Positions 17,304 to 32,897 of a stretch of DNA of 64,000 bases are shown piece by piece. Position numbers and translations under genes: made by a program. This DNA comes from Amoebidium appalachense. Lineage: Eukaryota; Protista; Ichthyosporea. A model generated the notes under the pieces. The model ran no database searches. It saw only the letters and a program-made list of their open reading frames with translations, and had not been told where the DNA came from. The DNA lies in contig CAVNZM010000011.1 in assembly GCA_963693365.1 (NCBI GenBank), forward strand, positions 4,286,639 through 4,350,638. The letters are read 5' to 3'. Position 1 is the stretch's first letter. Each line of letters begins with the position of its first letter.

Positions 17304-20300
17304 CTACGGTACTATAAGCTTTATGGTCTTATCAGCTGCGGCCAGGGCCAGCATGTCTATGGTATCACTGGCTGTGGGCGCTGTAGTGGGCACCCAAGTC
17401 CATCGTGCGCCCATAGGCCGCACTGTAGGTCGCATCAAACGCGTGGCTGCTGCGTGCAAACCGCCGGAAGTTCTTGCTGTGGCGCCGGGCAAACGGGCAC
17501 TTGGACGCACTGCCGGCCAGCCTCTGCACGTTCTGCTGCGCCAGCAGCGCGTCGTTGACGTGTAGTGCCACTGCACGCTGGCGTTGGCGACGGTGATGGT
17601 GCCTGTGAGGGTGTATTTTTTTATTATTATTTTTTATTTTATTTTATCACGTTTTGTTCCCGGATGGCCTTTTCAGGCCCTCTAGGGAAACTACCGTCTA
17701 CCACACAGCACCGACGTCAGTACACTAGTTAAGGTGCTATCTATGAGTTCAGCTAAGCTAAACCATCCTTCACAACCTAACTATAAGTACACACTTTGCC
17801 CAGGGCTACTACCCCAGCCACGCCGGCAGGAGGCTCCAGTCCTCGCCTCCATCCAAAACCTAGCAATAAACGTTAACCGAGGGCCCTCTCATTGGTCGAT
17901 CTACAGTATTGGGAAGTCCTAAGTGTTGTGTATAGTATTTACGCTGGGTATGGGCGGATGATGGGGTGTGGTGGTGGTGGTGGTGGGGGGGGGGGGGGGG
18001 GGGGTTGCTGCCTAACATTATGTGTAACAGTTGTACGTATGTTGTGGCGATGTTTTTGTGAACTAAAAGGTGGGTTTTACAGGGCACACTGGGTCTGTGT
18101 GTGTTCCGGCAGTCAGAACAGGCTGGCCGGGTGTGTGTGGGGGGTGGGGGTGTATTTGTGGGTGTCTTGGGTTTTTGGGGAGCCATACTTTTCTTTCTAC
18201 GGGTGGTGGGTATATCATGGTGGTGTTTTTGCATTTTGGGGTGGGTGGGGGGGAGTGTTGTGTCCCGTGGGTGCCAAATTTTTGAAAAGAAAAAGGACTG
18301 CAACTCTACTGTGATTTTTCCTAAGATGGCCCGCCGGTGGTGGTCTTGGTGGTGCCGGTGGCTGCAAGTATAGTGGGCCCACCGATCGTGGGCAGAATCC
18401 CCGTTCGACCCACTTGATGTCTTCGGGGTCTGGTGGGTCACCGTTGCCTCCTATCCAGTTTATCCATGCACATTGGTCTACCACCGTGACTGCCGTATGG
18501 TGGTGCTGTGCCGTGGGGGTGTTTGGATGACGAGTGTGCAGGACGTTGTGGATGCAGGCTGTGATGGCCGTGGTCAGGGTGGGGACCTCCCCGGCATGGG
18601 CCGGGCAGGCCCAGATCTGGTGGGTGGTGGTCTCAGGGTGCTGGCTGCACCGGGGGCATGTGGGCTGTGTAACGAAGGTGTGGTGATCTCGGTGTAGCCG
18701 TGTCATGGTAGGCAGGGTGCCCATAGCCCATGATGGACAGGCTACGAATGTTGCCTCTGACGGCCCCGATGGTTGCCTGTGCGGGCCCCTTGTTGAGCTT
18801 GCAATTGAGGGGGTTCCGTTCGGCTGGGAGCAGTCTGGGGTCGGCTAGTATGGACATAGCCTTGGTCTTGCCGGCCATGTCGCTGAGGAAGTCCTTGTTC
18901 AACCGGTTCAGTGCACCGGGAATGTTGCCGGGGATACGGTGGCCTTGTAGTCGTAGGAAGTATTTCCCCCCCCCCCCCCGGGGCCGGAGGTAAGGGGGGG
19001 GGGGGGGAGGGGGGGGAGGGCTCTTCCTGCATTGGCTGCCTTGTCTGCCTCGTTATTCCGTTGACCGTACCGTTTGGTGTTGGATTGGTGCCCCTTCACC
19101 CACGATACCTGTACAGAGCCTGGTTGCCGTAGGGAGAGTTGGTCTCGTACGTGAGCCCATTCCACTTAATATGTGGGGGAACTTTAGCTTACGTCGAGGG
19201 GGTGTGGTAGGGTCCATGTTTGCCCCCCATCGGTCGACTACTCCGAGGTTATCGAGCTTGATGTGGATGGGGGTGGTGGTGGGGGTGAGCAGGAGGGCTA
19301 GTAGTACCCCTGTGAGTTCGGCTTGGGTGGATGATAGGGCCGTATGGAGCCTGGTCTTGGCCGTCACTGGTGGTGCTTTTCGGTCCGGGGTGTCCAGCAC
19401 AGCCCCGGCTCCGGCCTGGGCTATCCTCCTGCCCGGGTGGATGAGGCTGCCGTCCGTATAAACGGTGATCGGTTGGTCTGGGGGGAGCAGGGTGATTTGC
19501 TGCTGCCACTCGTCATAGGTGGCCTGGGGCACCAAGTCGGTGTAGGTGAGCCTACGGGGAGTGGGTGGGCTCGGCAGGTCAGCCGGGTGGGCCGTGCACT
19601 TGTGTCCTGGTGGTGACCACCTGTGAGGGTGTCCCTAAAGTACTTTGTGTCCCAGTGGTACATGTTAAGCCCGCTGGTGTCCGTGGCATTGGCGCTCTCC
19701 CGCATTAGCGCATGGCTGCCCATCAGCGCATCGTTCTCGTCGATGGTCATGTTGCGGTCGGCCCACAGCTTTGACGTAGCCCTCAAAGACAGGCTGGACG
19801 GTGCCAGCGTGTTGGAGTTTGGCGCCGGATTGTCACAGCGACCCGTCTTGAGGCTCCGCACGATCACGCGGGGGCTGCCTGCAAGCCCGGCTGTGTATTC
19901 GGACGCAACGGCACCGGCCACGGCAATGGCGCCGGGCCAGCTGATGGCGTGGGTCGCCACGATGGGGGAGAGGGCCTCGCGCACATAGTGCACCCACGGG
20001 AAGATGTCGTGGTTGCCCGGGTAGCGGTGAGCTCCTCGGGGGCAAGCAGCAGCGAGCCGTCGGCGCCACCCGGCAGGGGCAGGGAGTCGTGGGCGGAGGC
20101 ACGGACCATGAGGGCGGCCACGCGCTTGCAGGGGATGCCCTCTGGCGGCAGGTTGCAGTCTGGGCGGGACAGGAAGGCGCGAGGATGTCGCTACGCACTG
20201 CGGCCCAGTCGACGGTAGCCGGTTGGTACTCGTTGCAGTTGGCGGCTGTGTAGGTGGCCTTGGGGGTTTGCGCCATGGCGAGGCCGGCAGTGGCCACGAC

Positions 20301-20327
20301 AGCAGAGAGGGCGACTAGGAGCTGCAT
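17304..20327 (-). pseudogene. Secreted heme peroxidase (peroxidase-catalase superfamily, class II/III/hybrid-like), copy 1, split by a LINE
   Basis: Signal peptide MQLLVALSAVVATAGLAMA and motifs VRASAHDS, GGADGS, ISWPxAIAVAG, GRCD, LMGSHAL and VNDALL. It carries several frameshifts, a deletion and an insertion at 17615-19619. Confidence 0.85.
17615..19619 (-). mobile_element. 5'-truncated non-LTR retrotransposon with RNase H and zinc-knuckle remnants
   Basis: RNase H motifs VYTDGS, QAELTG, IKLDN, WVKGH and NNEADKAA, plus CPRC...H...C. A-rich tail at 17615-17646. 13 bp TSD CCTGTGAGGGTGT at 17602-17614 and 19620-19632. Confidence 0.92.
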
Positions 20328-21185
20328 GGTTACGTTGAACGGGGCCGGGGAGCATGTGCAGCTGTAATATTAAAAGTGCTGTCGTTTGTTTGTTATGATG
20401 TAGATAATACTTCCCAAAAAAAAGAAGTTATAAGTGCCGGTAGACGCAGACGTCGTTTGTTGTGATAAAGAAGCGCGGAACTTTTGTTCGAACGATGCTG
20501 TTTTGAATTCGTACTTTCGACAGTTGAGTTGACATGGTTTTGTGTGCTGGCAAGCCTCGAGGTTTATATTATAATTCAATTAATATAGCGTACACTTTGC
20601 AGCAGCGGGCGTTGTGATTGGCTGACTCGATCTCTCGCCAACAAACTTCAAGAACACTTCTGATTGGGTGCAATAAAGATGGTTATCTCAGGTATGTTCA
20701 GGGCTTGAATTTTGAGTCCTTCCTCCGCCGCCTCGCTTGGAAGTGTTGGAAGCTGAATAACACACATATTTGCGCCGCAAGGAAAATATATTTGCAACAG
20801 ATGTGCAATATAAGTTAATGTACTAAGAAAGTGTAAAAATCAAAGATTTTAGAGCACTCAGTGCTTGACAAATAGATCAGTCGAAAGGTATGTATAATTT
20901 CACACCCCTGCTGTACGAAGCCTTGACAAGAAATTCGTCAAGAATGTGCCGGATAATAAGCGGAATTTTAGATGTCACCAATCAAATGGGGCTTAGTTCC
21001 TGAACTTTAGTATATAAATCCAGGGGGCCAAAACATCACAAAACAATCACAGCCTAAGATCAGTTGAGAGAACAGCGAGCTCTAGCTAATATTAACACAG
21101 CACCGTTGCTTTCGACTTCCGCTGCCTACTTCGATCGTAACTTCACGAACTTCCCAAAGCTTCTCATTTTTTAATCTCTACAACA

Positions 21186-22249
21186 ATGCAGCAGGCCTAT
21201 TCCACGGCCGAGGGCCGTGCCTATTCGCCTTCTCTGCTGTCGTGGCCACTGCCGGCCTCGCCATGGCGCAAACCCCCAAGGCCACCTACACAGCCGCCAA
21301 CTGCAACGAGTACCAACCGGCTACCGTCGACTGGGCCGCAGAGCGTATCGACATCCTCGCCTTCCTGCCGCCCAGACTGCAACCTGCCGCCAGAGGGCAT
21401 CCCCTGCAAGCGCGTGGCCGCCCTCATGGTCCGTGCCTCCGCCCACGACTCCCTGCCCCTGCCGGGTGGCGCTGACGGCTCGCTGCTGCTTGCCCCCGAG
21501 GAGCTTAGCTACCCGGGCAACCACGATATCTTCCCGTGGGTGCACTATGTGCGCGAGGCCCTCTCCCCCATCGTGGCGACCCACGCCATCAGCTGGCCCG
21601 ACGCCATTGCCGTGGCCGGTGCCGTTGCGTCCGAATACACAGCCGGGCTTGCAGGCAGCCCCCGTGTGATCGTGCGGAGCCTCAAGACGGGTCGCTGTGA
21701 CAATCCGGCGTCAAACTCCAACACGCTGGCACCGCCCAGCCTGTCTTTTGAGGGCTACGTCAAGCTGTGGGCCGACTGCAACATGACCATCGACGAGAAC
21801 GATGCGCTGATGGGCAGCCACGCGCTAATGCGGGACAGCGCCAATGCCACGGACACCAGCGGGCCTAACATGTATCACTGGGACACAAAGTACTTTAGGG
21901 ACACCCTCACACTCTCACAGGCACCATCACCGTCGCCAACGCCAGCGTGCAGTGGAGCGAGGGCTACTGGCGCTTTACGGTCAACGACGCGCTGCTGGCG
22001 CAGCAGAACGTGCAGAGGCTGGCCGGCAGTGCGTCCAAGTGCCCGTTTGCCCGGCGCCACAGCAGGAACTTCCGGCGGTTTGCGCGCAGCAGCCACGCGT
22101 TTGATGCGGCCTACAGTGCAGCCTATGGGCGCATGATGGACTTGGGCGCCCACTACAGCGCCCACAGCCACACCATAGACATGCTGGCCCTGGCCGCAGC
22201 CGACAATTGTGACAGACGCATAGGGTGCAATTTTCGGGTCACAATCTAG
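21186..22249 (+). pseudogene. Secreted heme peroxidase copy 2 (inverted paralogue), frameshifted
   Basis: Near-identical to the reverse complement of copy 1. The coding frame is split across ORFs 21242, 21186 and 21947 by an insertion near the start, a 2 nt loss at ~21367 and an 8 bp duplication at 21904-21919. Confidence 0.85.
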
Positions 22250-23388
22250 ATTTGCCTTACATACACGTGTAATGCATGTGTACGCACCGAGACCAGCAAG
22301 TATAATCTTTTCAAGTAGGATTTTAATGTAACGACTATACATATAAAGAGTAGTTCAGATCTTTATTTGCCTGATGATGCATCATTCCCTTCATTGTGTA
22401 CATATCACACCCACCAGATAATGGCAGCAAAAGAATAAAAAAGTTATTACTGAAATTGGGTAACAACAAACTTAAGAACTTGCAGGTATAATAACTGAAC
22501 TGGCTAATTCACGTTGATATTCATCTGTTTTTTGGCGCACACCTTGTAGGTCTGATTGAGGTTGTACAACCCAGAACTAATGAGGAGTTAAACGATTTTC
22601 CAAGGATATCGCTGCTCATAAATTGTTGAACCCGGTGGTTGCCTTCCAGAATTTTAGCTGCGGCAACTTAGCTTAGGCCCATCATCAGTGGCCTTTTTTA
22701 TTCTATTGTATGTGTCATATCGGGGATATGCAGGCCATACTGAACAAAGAGAGAAGAGTCTAGCCGAATATGCCGAATATGTTTGTACATCATCTTTACC
22801 TCGAAATAAAAGTAGTGCCAAATACATGGAGAATCCCCGTAAAAACCTGCACAGAAAAACTATTGCCGACGTCAGGTTCAAAAAGGTTGCTCCCCTCGCC
22901 TTCCTGCACCGTTAACCACACGCCTCGCCCAAAAGGTTACAGATTTTTCACATTGTTCCGCCTTTGCGTTATTGAGTGCGCGCGGGTGACACGTGATTGT
23001 ACTTGCGTGTGTGTGTGCACTTGTGTGTATTGTGGGTGTGCGTGTGGGTATGTCTGTGTGTATGTGCGCACGCGCACGCGCGCGCATGTGTGTTCCTACA
23101 CATCTTTCGGTTCTTTTCATGATGGAGGTTGAAGGAAAGTCATTGCTTGCGTTCGAATTCGCCTAGTTTGTCCCCCCCCCCCCCCCCCCCCCCCCAACGG
23201 CCTCCCCCCCCCCCCCCCGCCTTCCCTCCCCACCCGCCCCTCCTCCTCTCCCCCCACCCCTCAAGAATTCATTTCAACATAGCCGCTACGGTAGGGCTCT
23301 TTGACACATAGATACCCGTACACACAGCCGTGCCGCGCGTGCGTGCGCCTTTTCCACACACACACACACACGCGCGCACGCGCGCGCA

Positions 23389-23502
<114 letters not shown>

Positions 23503-23543
23503 TACACGCACACACGCACACACGCACGCATGCACGCACACAC

Positions 23544-23649
<106 letters not shown>

Positions 23650-23690
23650 TACACGCACACACGCACACACGCACGCACGCACGCACACAC

Positions 23691-23785
<95 letters not shown>

Positions 23786-24289
23786 ACACAACTTCGCACC
23801 TGTTGCTCGAGCCCAGTGGCAAATGCTCTGTGAAAGGAACACTGATTAAGTATTCAATCGTATTAGGGGGCCACTGTGCGGATTCGATTTCCAAAGCGGC
23901 ACTGGCGTCAATTACCGTTGAAGCTCCAAAAAAACAATACTTTTACCCAAAGCATAATATTAGCATGTGTGCATGCATGGGTCGATCCCCCCCCCCCCCC
24001 CCCCCCCCCCCACCACCACCACCCCCACCCCTCCCCCCTCTCCCCCCCCCCCCCCCTTCCCCCTTCGCCGGCGCCCCCCTCTCCCTCCCGGGGCCTCGTC
24101 TTACTGATGAAAATGTATGTCGACTTGCTAACCCTTCACAAACACACTCCTCCTCCTGCACCCCCCTCCCCCTCCTTTTCCCTTGACCCTCCACCTCCCC
24201 TGCCCACTAACAATGTAAACTGTCCTCTCCCCCCTCCTTTTGCAGACATCCGAATTCTATGAGTCATGCATATGATAGTTTTTTACCCA

Positions 24290-24477
24290 CCGGCGTGGCT
24301 GGGGTTGATACCCTGGGCAAAGTGTGTACTGTACATATAGTTAGGACTGTTATAGGTGTGTAAGTTTTAGCTAATAGCATCGTAGCACCCTAGCTAGAGT
24401 ACTGTCGGTGCTGGGTGGAAGACCGTAGTTCCTCCTGAGGGCCCCTAGGGGTACTTGCGGGAACAAAACGGGATAAA
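24290..24477 (+). mobile_element. Orphan 3' end of the RNase H LINE family
   Basis: Aligns to the reverse complement of ~17640-17826 (CCGGCGTGGCTGGGGT...CCCTGGGCAAAGTGTGTACT...CGGGAACAAAACGKGATAAA). Confidence 0.85.
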
Positions 24478-25062
24478 TTTCTTTTATAAGGAAATGATAG
24501 TTTGGTGGTTCGCCAACTTGAAAAAGAAAGCATTTTGATGCAAAAACAGGAACTATTTGCAGTATAATCACAGTGGATGATCTCAGACTTGCAAAGATGA
24601 TTTAGACTTTGCGCAGTCATGTCTCACGATTGCAACTGGTGTGCAGGGGAACCTAAGTCCCCCCCCCCCCCCCCCCCCCCGTTTTTCCCCAGGAACACCC
24701 CGTTCCCAAAAGGTACAAGACATACGTGCAGCTCAACAGTGCTCGGAGGTGGAATAGGAAACAAAACGGGGGGCTGGGGGGGGGGGGGGAGGGGGGGGGT
24801 GGGGGGGGGGGGGGGGGGGAGGGGGGGGGGGGGGGACACACACGCACACACACGCACACACACGCACTCACACACGCACTCACACACACACGCGTGCGTG
24901 CGCGCACGCGTACGCACACACACGCACGCACACACACAAATACACACAGACACACACACACACACACGTACACACACACACACACACACACACTGTGAAC
25001 ACGTACGCGTGCACGCACGACACATGCCGTGACACACACACACGCGGACACACACCCACGGA

Positions 25063-25105
<43 letters not shown>

Positions 25106-25189
25106 TCACACACGCACGCACTCACACACGCACGCACTCACACACGCACGCATCACACACGCACGCACTCACACACGCACTCACACACA

Positions 25190-25782
25190 TTTTTTTTTTT
25201 TTTTTTTTTTTACATATATCCCGTTTCACTCCCGGCGAGGCACTGCCTCAGGGGAGATTACCGTCTTCCGCCTCGACACAGATCGTACTGCACACCTGAG
25301 TCAGGATCCTAATTGACCCCAACTGGCACTATTTTTAGTTACGCCTTATCCCACGGTTCTAGCCGCAGCAACGCTAATGGGGAAGTGAGCAAGTGAGCAC
25401 AGCTCACTTTAACAACCCGCCGGGAGCGACCCGGGAGACATACACAAACATAAAGACTTGAAAGGGAAAACCCCATGCCCAGGACGCTGACCCGGACCGT
25501 GGCCGGTGACTCGGATTGGTCTCCCACTTGAACGTTGGGCCGGCCCGCCCAAGCGGCGCGCCGTCGACGTCAGAGGGCCGGTGCTGTTCATGACGTCATG
25601 TCTTTCGGCCGGATGATAACAAATTGGTGGTGCTGCTTGACGTGGTCTGGGGTGATGGCTTCTAGGGGGCGTCCAGACCAATGGACCGTCGAGGCAGAAC
25701 AAAAATGGAAGTAACCAGGATCGATCCTGCGACTTTGAGCTTGACACCCAGAGATCTTACCATTGCACCATCCCCGCCCCCC
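25190..25782 (-). mobile_element. tRNA-derived SINE (~590 bp) with a LINE-like 3' tail
   Basis: The head has A-box TGGTGCAATGG and B-box-like GGATCGATCC at tRNA spacing. Poly-A at 25190-25211. 16 bp TSD CACGCACTCACACACA at 25174-25189 and 25783-25798. Confidence 0.8.
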
Positions 25783-25865
25783 CACGCACTCACACACACA
25801 CTGCGCCCGCGTCCGCGCACGCGTACGAATACACAAGCACGCACACACACAAACACAGACAGACA

Positions 25866-25906
<41 letters not shown>

Positions 25907-25986
25907 ACACACACACACAAACACCCACACAATGTACACACACACTGAACACGTACGCGTGCACACACGACACACGCCGTGACACA

Positions 25987-26075
<89 letters not shown>

Positions 26076-26916
26076 TATACACGTACGCGTGCAAACACGA
26101 CACACAGCCACACACCCACCCACACACTTACAGATGGCACGCACACACACGCACATACGAACACATGATCGTACACATTCAAAAGACGCGTGTGCGCACG
26201 TGCACACAGAGTTAACCAGACATATATGACACACATATGCATACATGTTTTTGATTTTCCGGGTAAAAAAATTGGTACACGTCTAAGATATTTACATACA
26301 TATGGTCTACACCCGTAATGCCAGACTGGCCAGTGCGAAAGGACAGTCAGGACGTCTGTACGTGCGCACTTTTCACTCCCGTCGGGATTTTTTGAAGGGG
26401 TTCCGACGTGGGATAGTTCAGTGCTCCTCATCCACAGCTCGTCATAATTTTCGCAGACATGGGGGTCCACCCCTTCTGAAGCTTCCACAGCCTGCCATGC
26501 AAGCTCTGCCGAGCACGACTGAACACCGTAGTACACTACGCTACGATTCACTGCTCAGGAACGAAGAACACACACAGAAAGGCCACGGTGTTACTACTGT
26601 AACTTACTGGTCGTCCGACACCGTGACTCGGGAAGTTTGAGATGGAATGTAAACAGAACGCGAAGGTGAATATGATTGGGCGGTTATATCGGCATGTAGC
26701 GGAGCATGATCTTTGCGCAAAAGATTTTTTTTCGTTGGAGAAACTTGATCGAGGCTCACACAGGCTCACACGAGCAAAACCGAGCACGACCGCTGTCGCG
26801 GCGCTGTGAGAAGTGTGTGTGTTTTTTTTTTTTTTGGCAGTTGGTAACACGCACAAGGGAGAACAGGTCTGCAAGCCCGTGTTTGTTGTAGAAGGAGGAC
26901 GTGCTAAGAAGCCAAA

Positions 26917-27954
26917 ATGGAGCAGAAAACAACCTACGAGACCCCAAAAGGACTCCAACAGCTACTCGCAGAGCCCAAAGGCAAACTTGAGTATTTTGCA
27001 GACGAGGCCTTCCTTCTTCATGTCTTCTGGACAGCGCCAAGCAAGGAAGCAGCCCTTGAGTTACTTTCTGGCCTAAGCGCATGTGCGGCTGCAACACATA
27101 GAGACACCCCGTGCGTGCCTACATACATCTTCCGCATCTCCAACACCGGCACCACTTTGCTTGGGCCACCGCCACAAACTGTAGGGGATCACCCTGTTTT
27201 GCGCGAATCCAAGAGGAAGTTACTGGTGGGGGTACCCAGGCCCGCCGTCTGTGCAGATGTTGTGTTAAGAGGCTACGATCCGGCACTTCTTGAGTTGGAT
27301 CTTTCAGCCGAACTACCGGCGGAGCTAAGAAAGCAGCCTGTTGCGGTAGAGTTCACGGAGCTTTATCTGGATGAGAGAGCATTTATGGAGCATGCTGGAT
27401 CCCGTGATTACCTGAACGCATACGGCGTGGTGATGAGGCCGAGCCTCCAGTTCCGTGTGCCGACGACCATCCGGTTGGGTAAACCGGTGGAGAGCATAGT
27501 AGAGAAGATTCTGGAACCTATCCTCAAGGAAAATGTGGCACCTTTGGCGGCGGAATGTGCGGTCTTTAAGCCCGTTACTGTGTTGGGTGGTGATGGAAGT
27601 GGTGTGGCTCTGCTTTTGTCGTTGAATGTTGAGGGTACTGATGTTGTAGTGCCCAAGGATGTGAATGAGCAATGCACCACGTGTGTGTCCTTCGCACATC
27701 CTCTTCGTGAATACGTAACACGCGTCATGTGCGTCTTTCCAACGCTCCCGTCCTCTTCCCTGCTTTCCCAGCTCGGGTCTCTGCACGTGATTGAGGGTGA
27801 AGCTCACACCAATAGACACGAAAACACAGAGAAGGCGCGCCATGCTTTTGCAGAGGCAGGATTAAGCATGGTGAGCGTTGATGCAAGTGATTGTGCGGGG
27901 TATGCACTGCACGAACGGGCACGGGATCTACACAGCACTAGTGCACGTGCGTAG
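26917..27954 (+). CDS. Intronless 345 aa protein with an ABM/dimeric alpha-beta barrel-like (putative cofactor-free monooxygenase-like) domain
   Basis: Clean, complex ORF. LHVFW...ATHRDTPCVPTYIFR and FTELYLDERAFMEHAGS resemble the ABM pattern (EPGxxxY; ExYxDxxAxxxH). The fold is inferred from motifs only. Confidence 0.7.
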   Translation: MEQKTTYETPKGLQQLLAEPKGKLEYFADEAFLLHVFWTAPSKEAALELLSGLSACAAATHRDTPCVPTYIFRISNTGTTLLGPPPQTVGDHPVLRESKRKLLVGVPRPAVCADVVLRGYDPALLELDLSAELPAELRKQPVAVEFTELYLDERAFMEHAGSRDYLNAYGVVMRPSLQFRVPTTIRLGKPVESIVEKILEPILKENVAPLAAECAVFKPVTVLGGDGSGVALLLSLNVEGTDVVVPKDVNEQCTTCVSFAHPLREYVTRVMCVFPTLPSSSLLSQLGSLHVIEGEAHTNRHENTEKARHAFAEAGLSMVSVDASDCAGYALHERARDLHSTSARA

Positions 27955-28720
27955 AAACCCCGCCATCCCTTGGGGTGCAGCTGCATGGGTGGTACCGATT
28001 ATCAGTTGTAGTGTTCATTACTTCTGGTGATTTTTACTGTAGTGATTATTAGCTTAGTGATGTTCATCAAGATGGGTGGCATCGTATTGTGTACCGGGCG
28101 GGTTCATAAGGGGTTACCTGTTGTGTTTAGTGTGTTCCCCTTTGAGCGATGGAGCTTGGCAATGCTATGAGATACCCATCCACATTATTGAGATCACCTT
28201 GGTCAATGTTTGCACTGGGATATTAAAAATCTTTTTTTTTTTTTGGAGATTGGTATTCTGCAGTATTTCTGCTAAAGTTTATCTTCCGGATCACACACGC
28301 TGGCTTTCGCATTCGCCAAAGCAGTTATACAGTCACATGTACTGTGAATGATGGTAGTAGACCACATGTTACAAGACTGTTTTGTTTCACTATTGTTTCT
28401 TGGCGAGTTTATTTGTTCCACTTAAATGTCCTAATTTTTGTATTGCTCAACTGCTATCATAACAGCTTTATACACGAACATGCAAGCATGTTGGTAAAGA
28501 TGACAACAAAGCACACGCATTATCAGGCAACAACTTGAAGGTGCGCATGGCATTGTATGATATATCATTCGTACAAGACTTAGTCCTAATTTTAGACATT
28601 GACATGAACTATTAAATAGGCCAAAAAAAAATATAATTGCTTTACAACAAGGTCTTTTGGCTCTATCATAGTGACTCCAAGTGGACATGTGCCAATATTG
28701 GTTTAAGCCCTCCTCTTCCT

Positions 28721-28751
<31 letters not shown>

Positions 28752-29172
28752 TCCCCCCCCCCTCCCTCCCTTCGTCGGCCCATTGTTTTGCAGAGGCATA
28801 GGAATCCCACTGATGATAAGCTCTGTTCAAGTATTTTCTGCCTGCACGTTTCGTTGCTTCCATTATTAACTCTCAACATTAATTATTGCATAGATCTAGA
28901 TACCCCCCCCCCCTCCCCCCCCCCCTCCCCTCCGCCCTCCCCCCCCCCCCCTCCCCCCCCCCCCCCTCCCCCCCCCCCCTCCTTTCCCCCCGGGGGCAGA
29001 TATCAAAATACATACACACCGTCATCTCCATGGGGGAAAATGAGAGAGAAAATGATATGGGGAACAACGCCATGCACTTGGTTGGTTCCACGTACAAACA
29101 CGCGCGCGTGCACTCTCCCGCACACTCGCACAGACACATGCTTGCACGCATGCACATAACGCGCGCGCGCTG

Positions 29173-29206
<34 letters not shown>

Positions 29207-29265
29207 GTACGCACACACGCACATGCATACGCACACGTGCACGCACGCAGATGCAACACACGCGC

Positions 29266-29301
<36 letters not shown>

Positions 29302-29921
29302 CACACACACACACGGCCTTAAGTTCTAAACATGCTTCAAGCGAAGTGCAGAGCATGTATCCGGCGTGTAGAATAGCGAAAACGTGTTTCTTGTATGGCA
29401 GTTTATTGCTCATATCTAAAAAATTGTGTATCACAATAAACTTTAAATCACATATAGTACAAAGTAATAGTATGTTTTAATCGCTTTACAACTTAATGCA
29501 ACGTCAAATGATCTTGGAAAATCTATCGAGCTTGGGCCCAAAATGTCCTAGATTGTGTCTCTAAAACTAATTTGTTACGTTTTACGATGCTAGTTTCTTC
29601 TCCATAAAGAACGGCCAATTGTATTTATCACAATGATTCTATGGTCTGACCAATTTATAGCAAAAGAAAATGTACGAAAAATTCCGAGGGTTCTAACCCT
29701 GGCCACGTTATGTTAAAACGCGTAGGAACAAAACAAAATGCCATAAAAAAAAAAAAAAAACTAAAAAGGCAGTTTGACTTCATTTCAGCGTGCCATCAAC
29801 TTTGACCATATCGCTTAGAAAACTACAACGTTATGATACAAATCCAATGCCAATCTATGTGCGGACATTTCCATATACGGACACACATCCAATATCCATA
29901 AATGGAAATCACGGCCTCCGC

Positions 29922-32897
<2,976 letters not shown>

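Noticed and set aside
25715-25777. Functional tRNA gene
   Set aside because: The acceptor stem 3' strand and anticodon arm are not intact, and the sequence continues into a TSD-flanked, poly-A-tailed SINE body.
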